Positions 1 to 8,754 of a DNA stretch of 64,000 nucleotides are shown in pieces. The position numbers were made by a program, and so were the translations under genes. Under the pieces are notes generated by a model. That model was not told the origin of the DNA. It was given only the letters and a program-made list of their open reading frames with translations, and made no database searches. How positions within the stretch are numbered: position 1 is the first letter of the stretch; every line of letters starts with the position of its first letter. Source of the DNA: Lentisphaeria bacterium (GTDB taxonomy: Bacteria; Verrucomicrobiota; Lentisphaeria; Victivallales; UBA1829). The DNA is taken from NCBI GenBank assembly GCA_017503375.1, contig JAFVTF010000001.1, positions 13,322-77,321 of the forward strand, given 5' to 3'.

Positions 1-292
1 GTTTCTTCAAGCCCAGACCGAACAGCAGATCTTTATTGGCATCTCCGGCGTTGAAAATCGTCATAGTGACGCCGATCTTCCGGGCATTCAATCCCAGCAT
101 GGAAAGAATCCCCATGAACGTACTGTCCATTCCGGTACATTGTCCGAGATCCACGTTGATGGACGTGTATGCTGCATTCTCCAGCGTTTTAGCCAGAGAA
201 CGCAGCTGGGGGGCATGTTCAAATGTTGCACGGCCATTGACCGTTACATAATAATCAGTTCCTTTATTGGTAATTGTAATGACCGCAGCCAT
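1..292 (-). CDS. STAS-domain protein (anti-sigma-factor-antagonist-like), 3' end beyond window edge
   Basis: ATG is the complement of 290-292, 2 nt after the alaS stop. Hand translation MAAVITITNKGTDYYVTVNGRATFEHAPQLRSLAKTLENAAYTSINVDLGQCTGMDSTFMGILSMLGLNARKIGVTMTIFNAGDANKDLLFGLGLKK looks STAS/SpoIIAA-like. It is missing from the ORF track only because the frame is open to position 1. Confidence 0.55.
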   Translation of the reverse strand, partial: MAAVITITNKGTDYYVTVNGRATFEHAPQLRSLAKTLENAAYTSINVDLGQCTGMDSTFMGILSMLGLNARKIGVTMTIFNAGDANKDLLFGLGLKK

Positions 293-294
293 GA

Positions 295-2085
295 TTATGC
301 CTCCCGTTTGAAGTCGATTTTTGCTTTGATACGGCGGATACCGCTGCTGGAGCTTTCTTCTTTCATGATGTGGAAACCAACCAGATCACCGGTATTGTTT
401 GCATGAGGTCCACCGCAAATTTCTTTGCTGAATTCGCCCATGGAATAAACTTTGACACGTTCCCCGTATTTGTCACCGAACAAACCGATTGCTCCGGTCT
501 GACGGGCTTCTTCCAATGTCATTTCCTGGCAGATGATGGGGAGTTTGTCTGCAATTGCCTTGTTGACGATTTCTTCCACCTGTTTCAGCTCTTCCGGAGT
601 GACTTTTGCAGGATGGGAGAAGTCAAAACGGAGACGTTCCGCATTGATATTGGAACCTTTCTGGGCGACATGATCACCGAGAACCATTCTCAGAGCTTTG
701 TGCAACAGGTGTGTTGCGGTGTGGAGATAGGAAGTTTCCACAGAATGGTCGGCAAGACCGCCTTTGAATTTCATCTCAGCACCGGCACGGGAAAGTTCCT
801 GATGTTTCCGGTATGCTTCCTCATATCCTTTCATATCAACGGTAAAGCCTTTTTCAGCTGCCATTTCAACGGTAAGTTCAATGGGGAAACCAAAGGTTTC
901 GTAAAGGAAGAATGCATTCTTTCCGCTGACGACTTTATGCTGGATGTGAGCCGGAACACGGGAGATGAATTTTTCAAATTCCATGGTTCCGTTTTCCAGA
1001 GTTTTGGAGAAGAGAGCTTCTTCTTTTTCCAGTTCCAGCAGAATGTTTGCACGGTACTGTTCCAGTTCGGGATAGGCTTCAGAATAGTTGTCGATCACGA
1101 TCTTGGAAAGCGGAACTGCAATGCTGCCCTGAATACCGATCTGGTGAGCTTCACGGATCGCACGGCGGATCAGACGGCGCAGGACATAAGCCTGGTCAAC
1201 TTTTCCGGGGGTGATTCCGTCAGCCATGATGAATGTTGCCGCACGGATATGTTCCACGATGATACGTTCGGATTTGGAACGTTCAGCAGGAGCTTCAGCA
1301 AGACCACGGAGTTTATCCAGTTCAGCGAAGAGAGGACGGAACAATTCTGTTTCGTAGCAGCTCTTTTTGCCCTGAAGGATCGCTGTAACACGTTCCACAC
1401 CCATACCGGTATCGACGTTGCACTGCTTCAGCGGTTCAAAGGTTCCTTCAGCAGTTTTGTTGTACTGCATGAACACATCATTCCAGATTTCGACCCAGAG
1501 TTTGTTCTTGGGGTCAAAGGTTTCGGGAATCGGATCCGGACCTGTCCAGTAAAACATTTCTGTATCAGGACCGCAGGGACCTGTCATTCCGGCAGGACCC
1601 CACCAGTTGTCTTCTCTGCCAAGTTTTGCAATGCGTTTTTCACTGACACCGAGAGAACGCCAGAGGTTGAACGCTTCTTCATCGAAGGGAACGGAATCAT
1701 CGCCTGCAAAGACGGTGAACGCAAGACGTTCCACAGGAATTCCAAGCCATTCTTTGGAGGTGAGGAATTCAAAACTGTTTCTGATGGCTGTTTCCTTGAA
1801 ATAATCGCCGAGGGACCAGTTGCCCAGCATTTCAAAGAATGTCAGATGAACGGGATCGCCCACTTCATCAATATCTCCGGTACGGATACATTTCTGAACG
1901 TCGGTCAACCGTTTTCCTGCGGGATGGGATGCTCCCAGAAGATAGGGAACCAGCGGATGCATTCCGGCGGTTGTGAAAAGGACTGTCGGGTCATTGTCTG
2001 GGATCAGCGGTGCGCTGCGGATGACCGCATGACCCTTGCTTTTGAAAAATTCGAGAAATTTGTTTCTCAGTTCTTTTGCTTCCAT
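295..2085 (-). CDS. alaS: alanine--tRNA ligase, short form lacking the C-Ala domain
   Basis: 596-aa ORF with class II AlaRS N-terminus (FTTAGMHPLVPY) and editing-domain motifs HTATHLLHKAL and CGGPH. The protein ends about 25 aa after CGGPH. Confidence 0.93.
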   Translation of the reverse strand: MEAKELRNKFLEFFKSKGHAVIRSAPLIPDNDPTVLFTTAGMHPLVPYLLGASHPAGKRLTDVQKCIRTGDIDEVGDPVHLTFFEMLGNWSLGDYFKETAIRNSFEFLTSKEWLGIPVERLAFTVFAGDDSVPFDEEAFNLWRSLGVSEKRIAKLGREDNWWGPAGMTGPCGPDTEMFYWTGPDPIPETFDPKNKLWVEIWNDVFMQYNKTAEGTFEPLKQCNVDTGMGVERVTAILQGKKSCYETELFRPLFAELDKLRGLAEAPAERSKSERIIVEHIRAATFIMADGITPGKVDQAYVLRRLIRRAIREAHQIGIQGSIAVPLSKIVIDNYSEAYPELEQYRANILLELEKEEALFSKTLENGTMEFEKFISRVPAHIQHKVVSGKNAFFLYETFGFPIELTVEMAAEKGFTVDMKGYEEAYRKHQELSRAGAEMKFKGGLADHSVETSYLHTATHLLHKALRMVLGDHVAQKGSNINAERLRFDFSHPAKVTPEELKQVEEIVNKAIADKLPIICQEMTLEEARQTGAIGLFGDKYGERVKVYSMGEFSKEICGGPHANNTGDLVGFHIMKEESSSSGIRRIKAKIDFKREA

Positions 2086-2147
2086 AATATACCTGCTTTG
2101 TTATAAATTGTTGTTCAATCAGTAATATACACCCGCTTTTGCGAGTT

Positions 2148-2963
2148 TCAAATCATTCTCTGTCTGTTCGCAATGAAATCATCAATGATTTTTCTTGCGA
2201 TACTGCCATGATCAGGCAGCATCGGCAGTTCATCTGCAGAGAACCATCCGGCGGTTTCCAGCTCGGTTCCATCCGGAGTTAGCTCTCCGGATTCATATTC
2301 CGCCACAAAACCGAGCATAAGAGAGTTGGGGAAGGGCCACGGCTGGCTGGAATAATACCGGATGTTTTTCACTTTGATTGATGTCTCTTCCAGAATTTCC
2401 CGGGCAACCGCCTGTTCGAGAGATTCTCCGGACTCCACAAAACCCGCAATCAGACTGTGAACGCCGGAAGTGAAATTCCGGTTGTGAGCAAGGAGAATTT
2501 TATCCTCTTTCAGAACCGCAGTAATTACCGCTGGAGCAATTTGCGGATAATACCGTTCCCTGCAGTTCGGACACACTCTTGCAAGATCAGTACCGGAATC
2601 CTCCATTTCATGTCCGCATTTTCCGCAGAATTTCCGGCGTTCCCGCCAGAACATCAGTTCCTTCGCACGGCAGATTGCACAGATAACGGCTTCATCCACC
2701 GAATGAATTACTGCACGCAATGGCTGTACATTCCATTCTGTTTGTTCCGGAAACGGAATCCCGATGCAGGGAATCCCGTTGAGATTGCCAACGTAAAGAG
2801 CTCGAATTTGAATATCGTTTTTATTTGGAAAGTCTGATAATCGCGGCAGTTCCGTACCGTTCATCAGCATATCGCGCCCGTGAAAGGCAAAGACAAACGT
2901 CTCTCCCGGCAGAGTTTTTTCTGCCAGAGGTTCCGTTTTGAGGGAGGGGATAAATTGATTCAC
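2148..2963 (-). CDS. nudC: NAD+ diphosphatase (NADH pyrophosphatase), Nudix family
   Basis: Zinc ribbon CGKCGHEMEDSGTDLARVCPNC, Nudix box GFVESGESLEQAVAREILEETSI, and NudC signature SQPWPFPNS. Confidence 0.9.
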   Translation of the reverse strand: MNQFIPSLKTEPLAEKTLPGETFVFAFHGRDMLMNGTELPRLSDFPNKNDIQIRALYVGNLNGIPCIGIPFPEQTEWNVQPLRAVIHSVDEAVICAICRAKELMFWRERRKFCGKCGHEMEDSGTDLARVCPNCRERYYPQIAPAVITAVLKEDKILLAHNRNFTSGVHSLIAGFVESGESLEQAVAREILEETSIKVKNIRYYSSQPWPFPNSLMLGFVAEYESGELTPDGTELETAGWFSADELPMLPDHGSIARKIIDDFIANRQRMI

Positions 2964-4474
2964 ACAAAAACTCCTGCAATCGTATAATAGTTTGGCAGAT
3001 CATCTGCAATTACACCGCGGGTTCCGGAATCTGCCGCACGTTCTGCAGCTTTTCCGTGAAGAAAAACTGCCATGCGGGCAGCTGCAGCTGCCGGATATCC
3101 ATTGGCAAGAAACGCTCCGCACAATCCGGCAAGACAATCACCGCTGCCGGCTGTTGCAAGCGCAGGTGTTCCGCTGGTGTTCAGGGTAACAAAGCCGTCC
3201 GGAGATGCAACAACAGTATGCTGTCCTTTCAGAACAATGACAGCTCCCGTATGAAGTGCCAGTTCATAAGCCTGGTCCTGCCGGGAGCCTTCCGGAGACA
3301 GGGAAAATGCCTGCCGGAGCCGTTTGAATTCCCCTGGATGGGGCGTCAGAATCACCTGTTCATGAAGATAACTGCACAAATGCGGATGCGCTGCGAGCAG
3401 GTTCAATCCGTCAGCATCCAACACCATTGGCAGTTTGGAAGAGAGAAGCTGTTTCAAAACCGGCAAAGCCCTGTGATCGGTTGTCAACCCCGGACCGAAA
3501 ACGAGAACATCATTGTTTTTTACAGCATCATTGATTTGATTTTCAGCGGCGGAGGTCCAATGTCCGCTTCCCTCATCGGGAACAGAACGGACGATCAACG
3601 CATTGGGCGCATTTTTTTTCTCAGCATGTTCCGGAACGAGAAGAGTGACCACTCCGGCACCTCCCCGCAAAGCTGAAACAGCAGCCAGATACGGAGCTCC
3701 CGGATATTCGGAAGAACCTCCTGCAACAAGCAGTTTTCCCCGCTGATTTTTATGGGCATCCATCTGATCTTTCCGGTAAAGATTCCGGAAATCGTATTCA
3801 GTGAAAAGTTCCGTATCACCATAAGATTCCTCTGCCAGAAGTGTTTTTGGAAAACCAATGGGCGCGAGCCGGACATTTCCGCATACTTGAGGTCCATAAC
3901 CGTAAAACATCCCCCGTTTATAAGCGGCAAAGGTTACTGTCATGTCCGCATGAATACAGTTTGAAGCATCTCCTGTTTCAGCATTCAAACCGGAGGGAAT
4001 ATCAATCGCAAGAACGGGCTGTCCGGACTGATTGACAATATCGATCCATTCATTTGCAGGAGAACGGGGTGCTCCACTGATTCCGGTTCCCAGAATTCCG
4101 TCAATTACAACGGTTTCCGGAGAAAAATCAGAAGGAAGAAGCGAATTTCTCACAGATTTCTGCATCCAGTCCGGTAATCTTCTGAACGCCTCTGCAGCAT
4201 CTCCCGTAAGCGTTTCCGGATGACATGTCATATAAAGCTGACAGGGATATCCTTTTTTTACAAGAATTCTTGCGGCGATGAAAGCATCCCCTCCGTTATT
4301 GCCTTTTCCGGCAAGCAGCATGAAATCCGGATAAAGAAATGGCTTTGCCAGTTTTTCGGCATAAGCTGCGACAGCATTTCCTGCCTGTTCCATGAGCCAG
4401 ATTCCGGGAATTCCACATTCTTCAATGGCTCTCCGGTCAAGCTCCCGCATTTCCTCTCCGGTCCGGGCCTTCAT
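2960..4474 (-). CDS. nnr: bifunctional NAD(P)H-hydrate repair enzyme (epimerase / ADP-dependent dehydratase)
   Basis: 504 aa. N-terminal YjeF_N-like region (LAGKGNNGGDAF) and C-terminal carbohydrate-kinase-like region (GSGDCLAG). 4-nt overlap with nudC. Confidence 0.9.
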   Translation of the reverse strand: MKARTGEEMRELDRRAIEECGIPGIWLMEQAGNAVAAYAEKLAKPFLYPDFMLLAGKGNNGGDAFIAARILVKKGYPCQLYMTCHPETLTGDAAEAFRRLPDWMQKSVRNSLLPSDFSPETVVIDGILGTGISGAPRSPANEWIDIVNQSGQPVLAIDIPSGLNAETGDASNCIHADMTVTFAAYKRGMFYGYGPQVCGNVRLAPIGFPKTLLAEESYGDTELFTEYDFRNLYRKDQMDAHKNQRGKLLVAGGSSEYPGAPYLAAVSALRGGAGVVTLLVPEHAEKKNAPNALIVRSVPDEGSGHWTSAAENQINDAVKNNDVLVFGPGLTTDHRALPVLKQLLSSKLPMVLDADGLNLLAAHPHLCSYLHEQVILTPHPGEFKRLRQAFSLSPEGSRQDQAYELALHTGAVIVLKGQHTVVASPDGFVTLNTSGTPALATAGSGDCLAGLCGAFLANGYPAAAAARMAVFLHGKAAERAADSGTRGVIADDLPNYYTIAGVFV

Positions 4475-5166
4475 TTGGAGTAATCCCTTCCGCCGAAAAT
4501 TGCAGTTCCGATTCTGACAATTGTTGCACCCTCTGCGATCGCAGCAGGATAATCTCCGCTCATTCCCATGGAAAGTTCCGGGAGTTTGACGGAATATTTC
4601 TGTTCCAGTTCATCCCGCATCTGACGCAATCCGGAAAAAACAGCGTTCAGCTCTTCGCCTTTTGCATCGGCAGGAGCCATGGTCATGAGACCCTTCCATT
4701 CGATGGCCGGTGCGGAAACTGCGGCTTCTGCTGCTTGAAACAATTCTTCTTTTGTACGGATTCCGTATTTTGATTCTTCTCCGGAAACATTGACTTCCAG
4801 CAGGATTTTCAATGTTTTTCCGGCTTTCTGAGCAGCATCGGAAAGTTTGTTTACCAGCTTGACAGAATCCACAGAGTGGACCCAGTCCGCCAGTTCTGCA
4901 GCTTTCGCCGCTTTGTTGGATTGAAGATGTCCGATCAAATGCCAGACAATATCACGGGGCAATGCAGGAACTTTCTGTTCCAATTCCTGAACCCGGTTTT
5001 CTCCGAATTCTCTCTGTCCGGCATGATATGTTTCCAGTACATCGGATGCCGGAAAGGTTTTGGAAACTGCAAGAAGTCTGACTTCTCCCGGTTCCCGTCC
5101 GGCGGCGGCAGCCGTTTCATTCACGGCATTCAAGACATTTGCAAGCTGATCTGAAAGTTTTGACAT
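4471..5166 (-). CDS. yggS: YggS-family pyridoxal-phosphate homeostasis protein
   Basis: 231 aa with LLAVSKTFP (PLP lysine), FGENRVQE and HLIGHLQSNK. 4-nt overlap with nnr. Confidence 0.9.
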   Translation of the reverse strand: MSKLSDQLANVLNAVNETAAAAGREPGEVRLLAVSKTFPASDVLETYHAGQREFGENRVQELEQKVPALPRDIVWHLIGHLQSNKAAKAAELADWVHSVDSVKLVNKLSDAAQKAGKTLKILLEVNVSGEESKYGIRTKEELFQAAEAAVSAPAIEWKGLMTMAPADAKGEELNAVFSGLRQMRDELEQKYSVKLPELSMGMSGDYPAAIAEGATIVRIGTAIFGGRDYSK

Positions 5167-5169
5167 GGT

Positions 5170-6096
5170 TCACCTGATAATCTGTTCCGGGGCTGCAATC
5201 GTGATCTTTGTTCCGGGAGCAACACTTTCCGTGAGCCAGACATTACCGCCGATGACGGAGTCGCGTCCGATGACGATGTCCCCGAGAATGGTTGCCCCTG
5301 CGTAAATCGTTACATTGTCTTCAATCGTGGGATGCCGTTTCTGTCCTTTGATGATTTTTCCATTGGTATCTTTGGGGAAGGAAAGCGCACCGAGCGTAAC
5401 ACCCTGATAAATTTTGACATTGGAACCGATTGTCGCCGTTTCCCCGATCACCACACCTGTTCCGTGGTCGATGAAGATTCCTTCACCGAGAGTTGCTCCG
5501 GGGTGGATATCAATAGCTGTGATCCTGTGAGCATACTCACACATGATCCGGGGGATCAGCGGGATCCCGTCGCAGTAAAGAATATGGGCAATTCTCTGAA
5601 TCATGATTGCTTTGATACAGGGATAGCTGAGAATGATTTCATCAAAGGACTTTGCCGCGGGGTCACCGTCAAAAGCCGCCTGAACATCTTTCATGAGGAC
5701 TGTCCGGAGATGAGGAATTTCGGAGAGCAGTTTTTCCGTGGATTTGATTGCCTGATCTCCGCAGCTGCAGGTTCCGCAGGATTGGGAAAGTTTGCAGGTG
5801 AAACTGTAAGCTCTCTGAATGGCATCGGAAAGCTGAGTATAAACGGATGCCGCAGTTTCAGCGGCGGAAAAACGGAGCGTTGCAAGAGAATGAGCTTCCC
5901 GTTTTCCGAATCCGGGGAAAATCAGTTCCATGAGTTTTTCCAGAATATCCAGAATTTCAGATTCCCGGGGCAGGTTGCTGCCTTCGTTATGATTCACTCC
6001 CTGTCCATTGGCATAAGATTCCGCCAGCTGTTCAGAAAGTTTGGTAATAAAATCAAGAGCCCTGTTCTGCTCAACTGACTGATGACATTTTTCCAT
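5170..6096 (-). CDS. cysE: serine O-acetyltransferase (long form)
   Basis: Hexapeptide-repeat C-terminus IDIHPGATLGEGIFIDHGTGVVIGETATIGSNVKIYQGVTLGA, typical of SAT. Confidence 0.85.
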   Translation of the reverse strand: MEKCHQSVEQNRALDFITKLSEQLAESYANGQGVNHNEGSNLPRESEILDILEKLMELIFPGFGKREAHSLATLRFSAAETAASVYTQLSDAIQRAYSFTCKLSQSCGTCSCGDQAIKSTEKLLSEIPHLRTVLMKDVQAAFDGDPAAKSFDEIILSYPCIKAIMIQRIAHILYCDGIPLIPRIMCEYAHRITAIDIHPGATLGEGIFIDHGTGVVIGETATIGSNVKIYQGVTLGALSFPKDTNGKIIKGQKRHPTIEDNVTIYAGATILGDIVIGRDSVIGGNVWLTESVAPGTKITIAAPEQIIR

Positions 6097-6124
6097 TGGG
6101 CATACTCCTTAACGTAAAAGGGGA

Positions 6125-7012
6125 TTATTCAATATTTTGAACCTGTTCCCTGATTTTTTCCAGTTCTGTTTTCAGTTCCACGATCAGGGGGGAGATATCC
6201 GTTGATGCTGCTTTGGTTCCCAGCGTATTGCATTCCCGGAAAATTTCCTGCACAAGAAAATCCAAACTCCGTCCAACTGCATTTTCTGAATCCGCAAGTT
6301 TCCGGAAGTGGTTGAAATGGCAATAGAGTCTGGTGATCTCTTCCGTTACGTCCAGCTTGTCAGCAAAGATGACAGCTTCTTTCAGAAGACGTTCATCTTT
6401 TTCATCAACCTGAATGTCCAGATCTTTGATTTTTTCCAGAAGTTTCTCTTTCTGTATTTCGGGCAGCTGAGCCGCCAAGGGCTGAATCTTGCGGACGGTC
6501 TGTTCCATAAAATCAATCCGTGACAGAAGGTCTGTTTTCAGTTTTTCTCCTTCGTGAGTTCTCATTTCCACAAGATTATTCAAAGCTCCGGAAACTGATT
6601 CAGTCAAGAGTTTGAGATAAACCGGATCGGAATAATCCACAGAGACTGCGGCTGCGGCTTCCGGAAGGGAAAGCAGATCGGAAATCGTGATTTTTCCCGG
6701 AATATTGTTTTCCTGCTGAAACAGTTTTGCCGCTTCATAAACAGCTTTCAGTCCGGAAAAATCAATGGGACATTCTGCTGCTGTACCGGGGAGAAAATCA
6801 ATTCTCAGAGTAACAGAACCTCTTGCAATCTTTTCCGATACAAGGGTTCTCAGCGAGATCTCATACATGGCGAGTTCCCGGGAAAGTCCCAGTTTAAGTT
6901 CAAATTGCTTCTTGTTGATAGAGCTGATTTCAGCCTTCAAACCGATCCCGGAGTTGGTATCCGTAGCAACACTGCTTCCGAATCCCGTCATACTTTTCAT
7001 TTTTTGAATCAA
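6125..7012 (-). CDS. yicC: YicC/YloC-family protein
   Basis: N-terminal SMTGFG and C-terminal EIFRECNTLGTKA...KTELEKIREQVQNIE, as in the YicC family. The start could be one of the internal Met codons at residues 5 or 8. Confidence 0.85.
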   Translation of the reverse strand: MIQKMKSMTGFGSSVATDTNSGIGLKAEISSINKKQFELKLGLSRELAMYEISLRTLVSEKIARGSVTLRIDFLPGTAAECPIDFSGLKAVYEAAKLFQQENNIPGKITISDLLSLPEAAAAVSVDYSDPVYLKLLTESVSGALNNLVEMRTHEGEKLKTDLLSRIDFMEQTVRKIQPLAAQLPEIQKEKLLEKIKDLDIQVDEKDERLLKEAVIFADKLDVTEEITRLYCHFNHFRKLADSENAVGRSLDFLVQEIFRECNTLGTKAASTDISPLIVELKTELEKIREQVQNIE

Positions 7013-7069
7013 TCCCCTGATTTTTTGCTGTCTTCTTATCAGATTTTTTCAGATGATCTTGAAGTTTGG

Positions 7070-7918
7070 TTATTCTTCGTCTTCTTCTGACTTTTCTTCT
7101 TTTTGGTAGTCAGGTGAGAAAGGATCATCTTTATCTTTTGCAAATACGGTGTATTTTGAACCGATGTAGGTTTTCGTTTCTTCCTCACTCAATTCTGTGA
7201 GCCGAACCGGATACCAGGAATTCAGTTCTTCATCCCCGGAAAGTCCGATAACAACAATTCTTTTTTTCGTTGCGGGATCAATCCAAACGGCAGAAACCTG
7301 AATCGGCTCTCTATCTTTTACGATTTGAAGGAAATCCATCCAGGAATCTTTTGAAAAATCCTTTTTCGGCTGATCAAGAATAAAAAGAGATTTATGGACC
7401 GCCGGTGTTGCGTAACGCACCCGGTGAAAAATTTTCCCCTTCAGATCCGGCAGTGCTATGATGGCAAAGTTCATTGCTTTGGAACGGATCTTCATTCCGG
7501 CAAGATCCTCTTTTTCCCGGCTTCTCAGGACAATCCGGTTGACTTCCCAGAAACGGAAGTCCCTCTGAGCAGTTCCCACAACCAGAATATCTTTATTCAT
7601 TCCGGGAACACGCCACCCGAAACACTGCATCATCATGTCCATATTTGGATTTTTATACTTGTTCCGTTCATGACGTGTGATGATATGTTCATCCGGCATA
7701 ACATCCGGAACAGTACTATCCCAGAGCTTTTTATTCAGAATGACAGGATTGTTATACCGGATATAGTTCTGCTGAAGGACTGTCAAACCTTCCATGTTAT
7801 CGAGCAGATATTCACGTGCTTTGTCTGCTGCCTCTGCCCGGTAATCTATTACACAGCCGGTGAGAAGCAGAACAACTGCCGCAACTGCAATGATCCCTGT
7901 GATTGCTTTTATTTTCAT
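7070..7918 (-). CDS. hypothetical lipoprotein
   Basis: The track ORF runs to 8032, but Met39 (CAT at 7916-7918) opens MKIKAITGIIAVAAVVLLLTGC, a signal peptide plus LTGC lipobox. No recognisable domain. Confidence 0.6.
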   Translation of the reverse strand: MKIKAITGIIAVAAVVLLLTGCVIDYRAEAADKAREYLLDNMEGLTVLQQNYIRYNNPVILNKKLWDSTVPDVMPDEHIITRHERNKYKNPNMDMMMQCFGWRVPGMNKDILVVGTAQRDFRFWEVNRIVLRSREKEDLAGMKIRSKAMNFAIIALPDLKGKIFHRVRYATPAVHKSLFILDQPKKDFSKDSWMDFLQIVKDREPIQVSAVWIDPATKKRIVVIGLSGDEELNSWYPVRLTELSEEETKTYIGSKYTVFAKDKDDPFSPDYQKEEKSEEDEE

Positions 7919-8072
7919 TGATGTTATCCCTGTTCCTGGTTTCCGGTTTTGCCGGAGTTTCAAATTACCTATGACACTCGGGAATATATCATGCTTTTCC
8001 GTTTTTTTCAAGAAGATTTTCTGAAATCTCATTAAGAAAGTCCCCCTTATCTTGCAAAAGAGTAAAATTTAA

Positions 8073-8690
8073 CATACCCATCCTGCAACCGGACAGGAGG
8101 CTGTTAATCTGGCAAATGCCGCAGATGCAGCTGTCTTCTGTGCCCATCCTTACTGGTGCGGTTTTACGTCAGCCGAAGTGATGACTCTTGAAAATATTCT
8201 CGTGATCGAAGTTTACAATACCTCGACCCGTTACATCGGAAAAGAGTTAAATATGTATTGCTGGGATGATTGTTTGAACGCCGGGAAAGAATATACTGCA
8301 ATTGCGGTGGATGATATTCATAAACCCTGTGATTTTGCCTGCGGCTGGATAATGATTTGTCCGGAAAGCAATACTCCGGAAGATATTATCAAAGCACTGA
8401 AACAGGGATATTTTTATTCCTCACAGGGTCCTGAATTCTCCAGAATATCTGTTTATGAAGGTATTGTGGAAGCCGAATTTACGCCATGTGCAGCTGCTGT
8501 ATTTGTTGGACGCAACAGTACCGGAAGGTGTCTAGCCATAGAACGTCCGGAGGGTCCCGGAACTTCCTGTGAGATCACAAGCATCAAAACAGAATTGAAA
8601 GATTGTCCCCGGGGACTTTTCCGGATCCAGCTCCGGGATGCTCAGGGGAATTACGCCTGGAGCAATCCCATACGGAACACTTATCTCTGA
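8073..8690 (+). pseudogene. 5'-truncated PHP-domain-like metallohydrolase fragment
   Basis: The frame is open from the stop at 8070-8072 (HTHPATGQEAVNLANAADAAVFCAHPYWCGFTSAEV...) with no ATG before the GTG/ATG at 8178/8181. AHPYW.. and ..KALKQGYFYSSQGPE resemble the C-terminal two thirds of PHP/CehA-type proteins. The N-terminal metal-binding part is missing. Confidence 0.35.
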
Positions 8691-8705
8691 TTGCTTTGTC
8701 AATAT

Positions 8706-8741
8706 AAAAAAACTCCGCTTTTCTGCAATGGAAAAGCGGAG
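8706..8741 (-). terminator. rho-independent terminator of the 1151-aa gene operon
   Basis: 11-bp perfect stem CTCCGCTTTTC/GAAAAGCGGAG (8713-8741), followed on the minus strand by a run of 7 T (8706-8712). Confidence 0.6.
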
Positions 8742-8754
8742 CAGAACTTGTTTA

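Noticed and set aside
36-406. 71- and 88-aa plus-strand ORFs at the window start
   Set aside because: They overlap the STAS-domain gene and the alaS 3' end in antisense, and they have no motifs or SD.
295-2085. alaS as a truncated pseudogene
   Set aside because: The ORF is intact from start to stop with all catalytic and editing motifs, and it is followed immediately by a co-oriented gene. Short C-Ala-less AlaRS forms are a known natural variant.
370-2106. 578-aa ORF on the plus strand covering the whole alaS region
   Set aside because: It is the mirror frame of alaS, which has unambiguous AlaRS motifs. The product is Phe/Cys/Gly-rich with no recognisable motif and no SD. It is open only because the sense-strand codon usage avoids the complements of stop codons.
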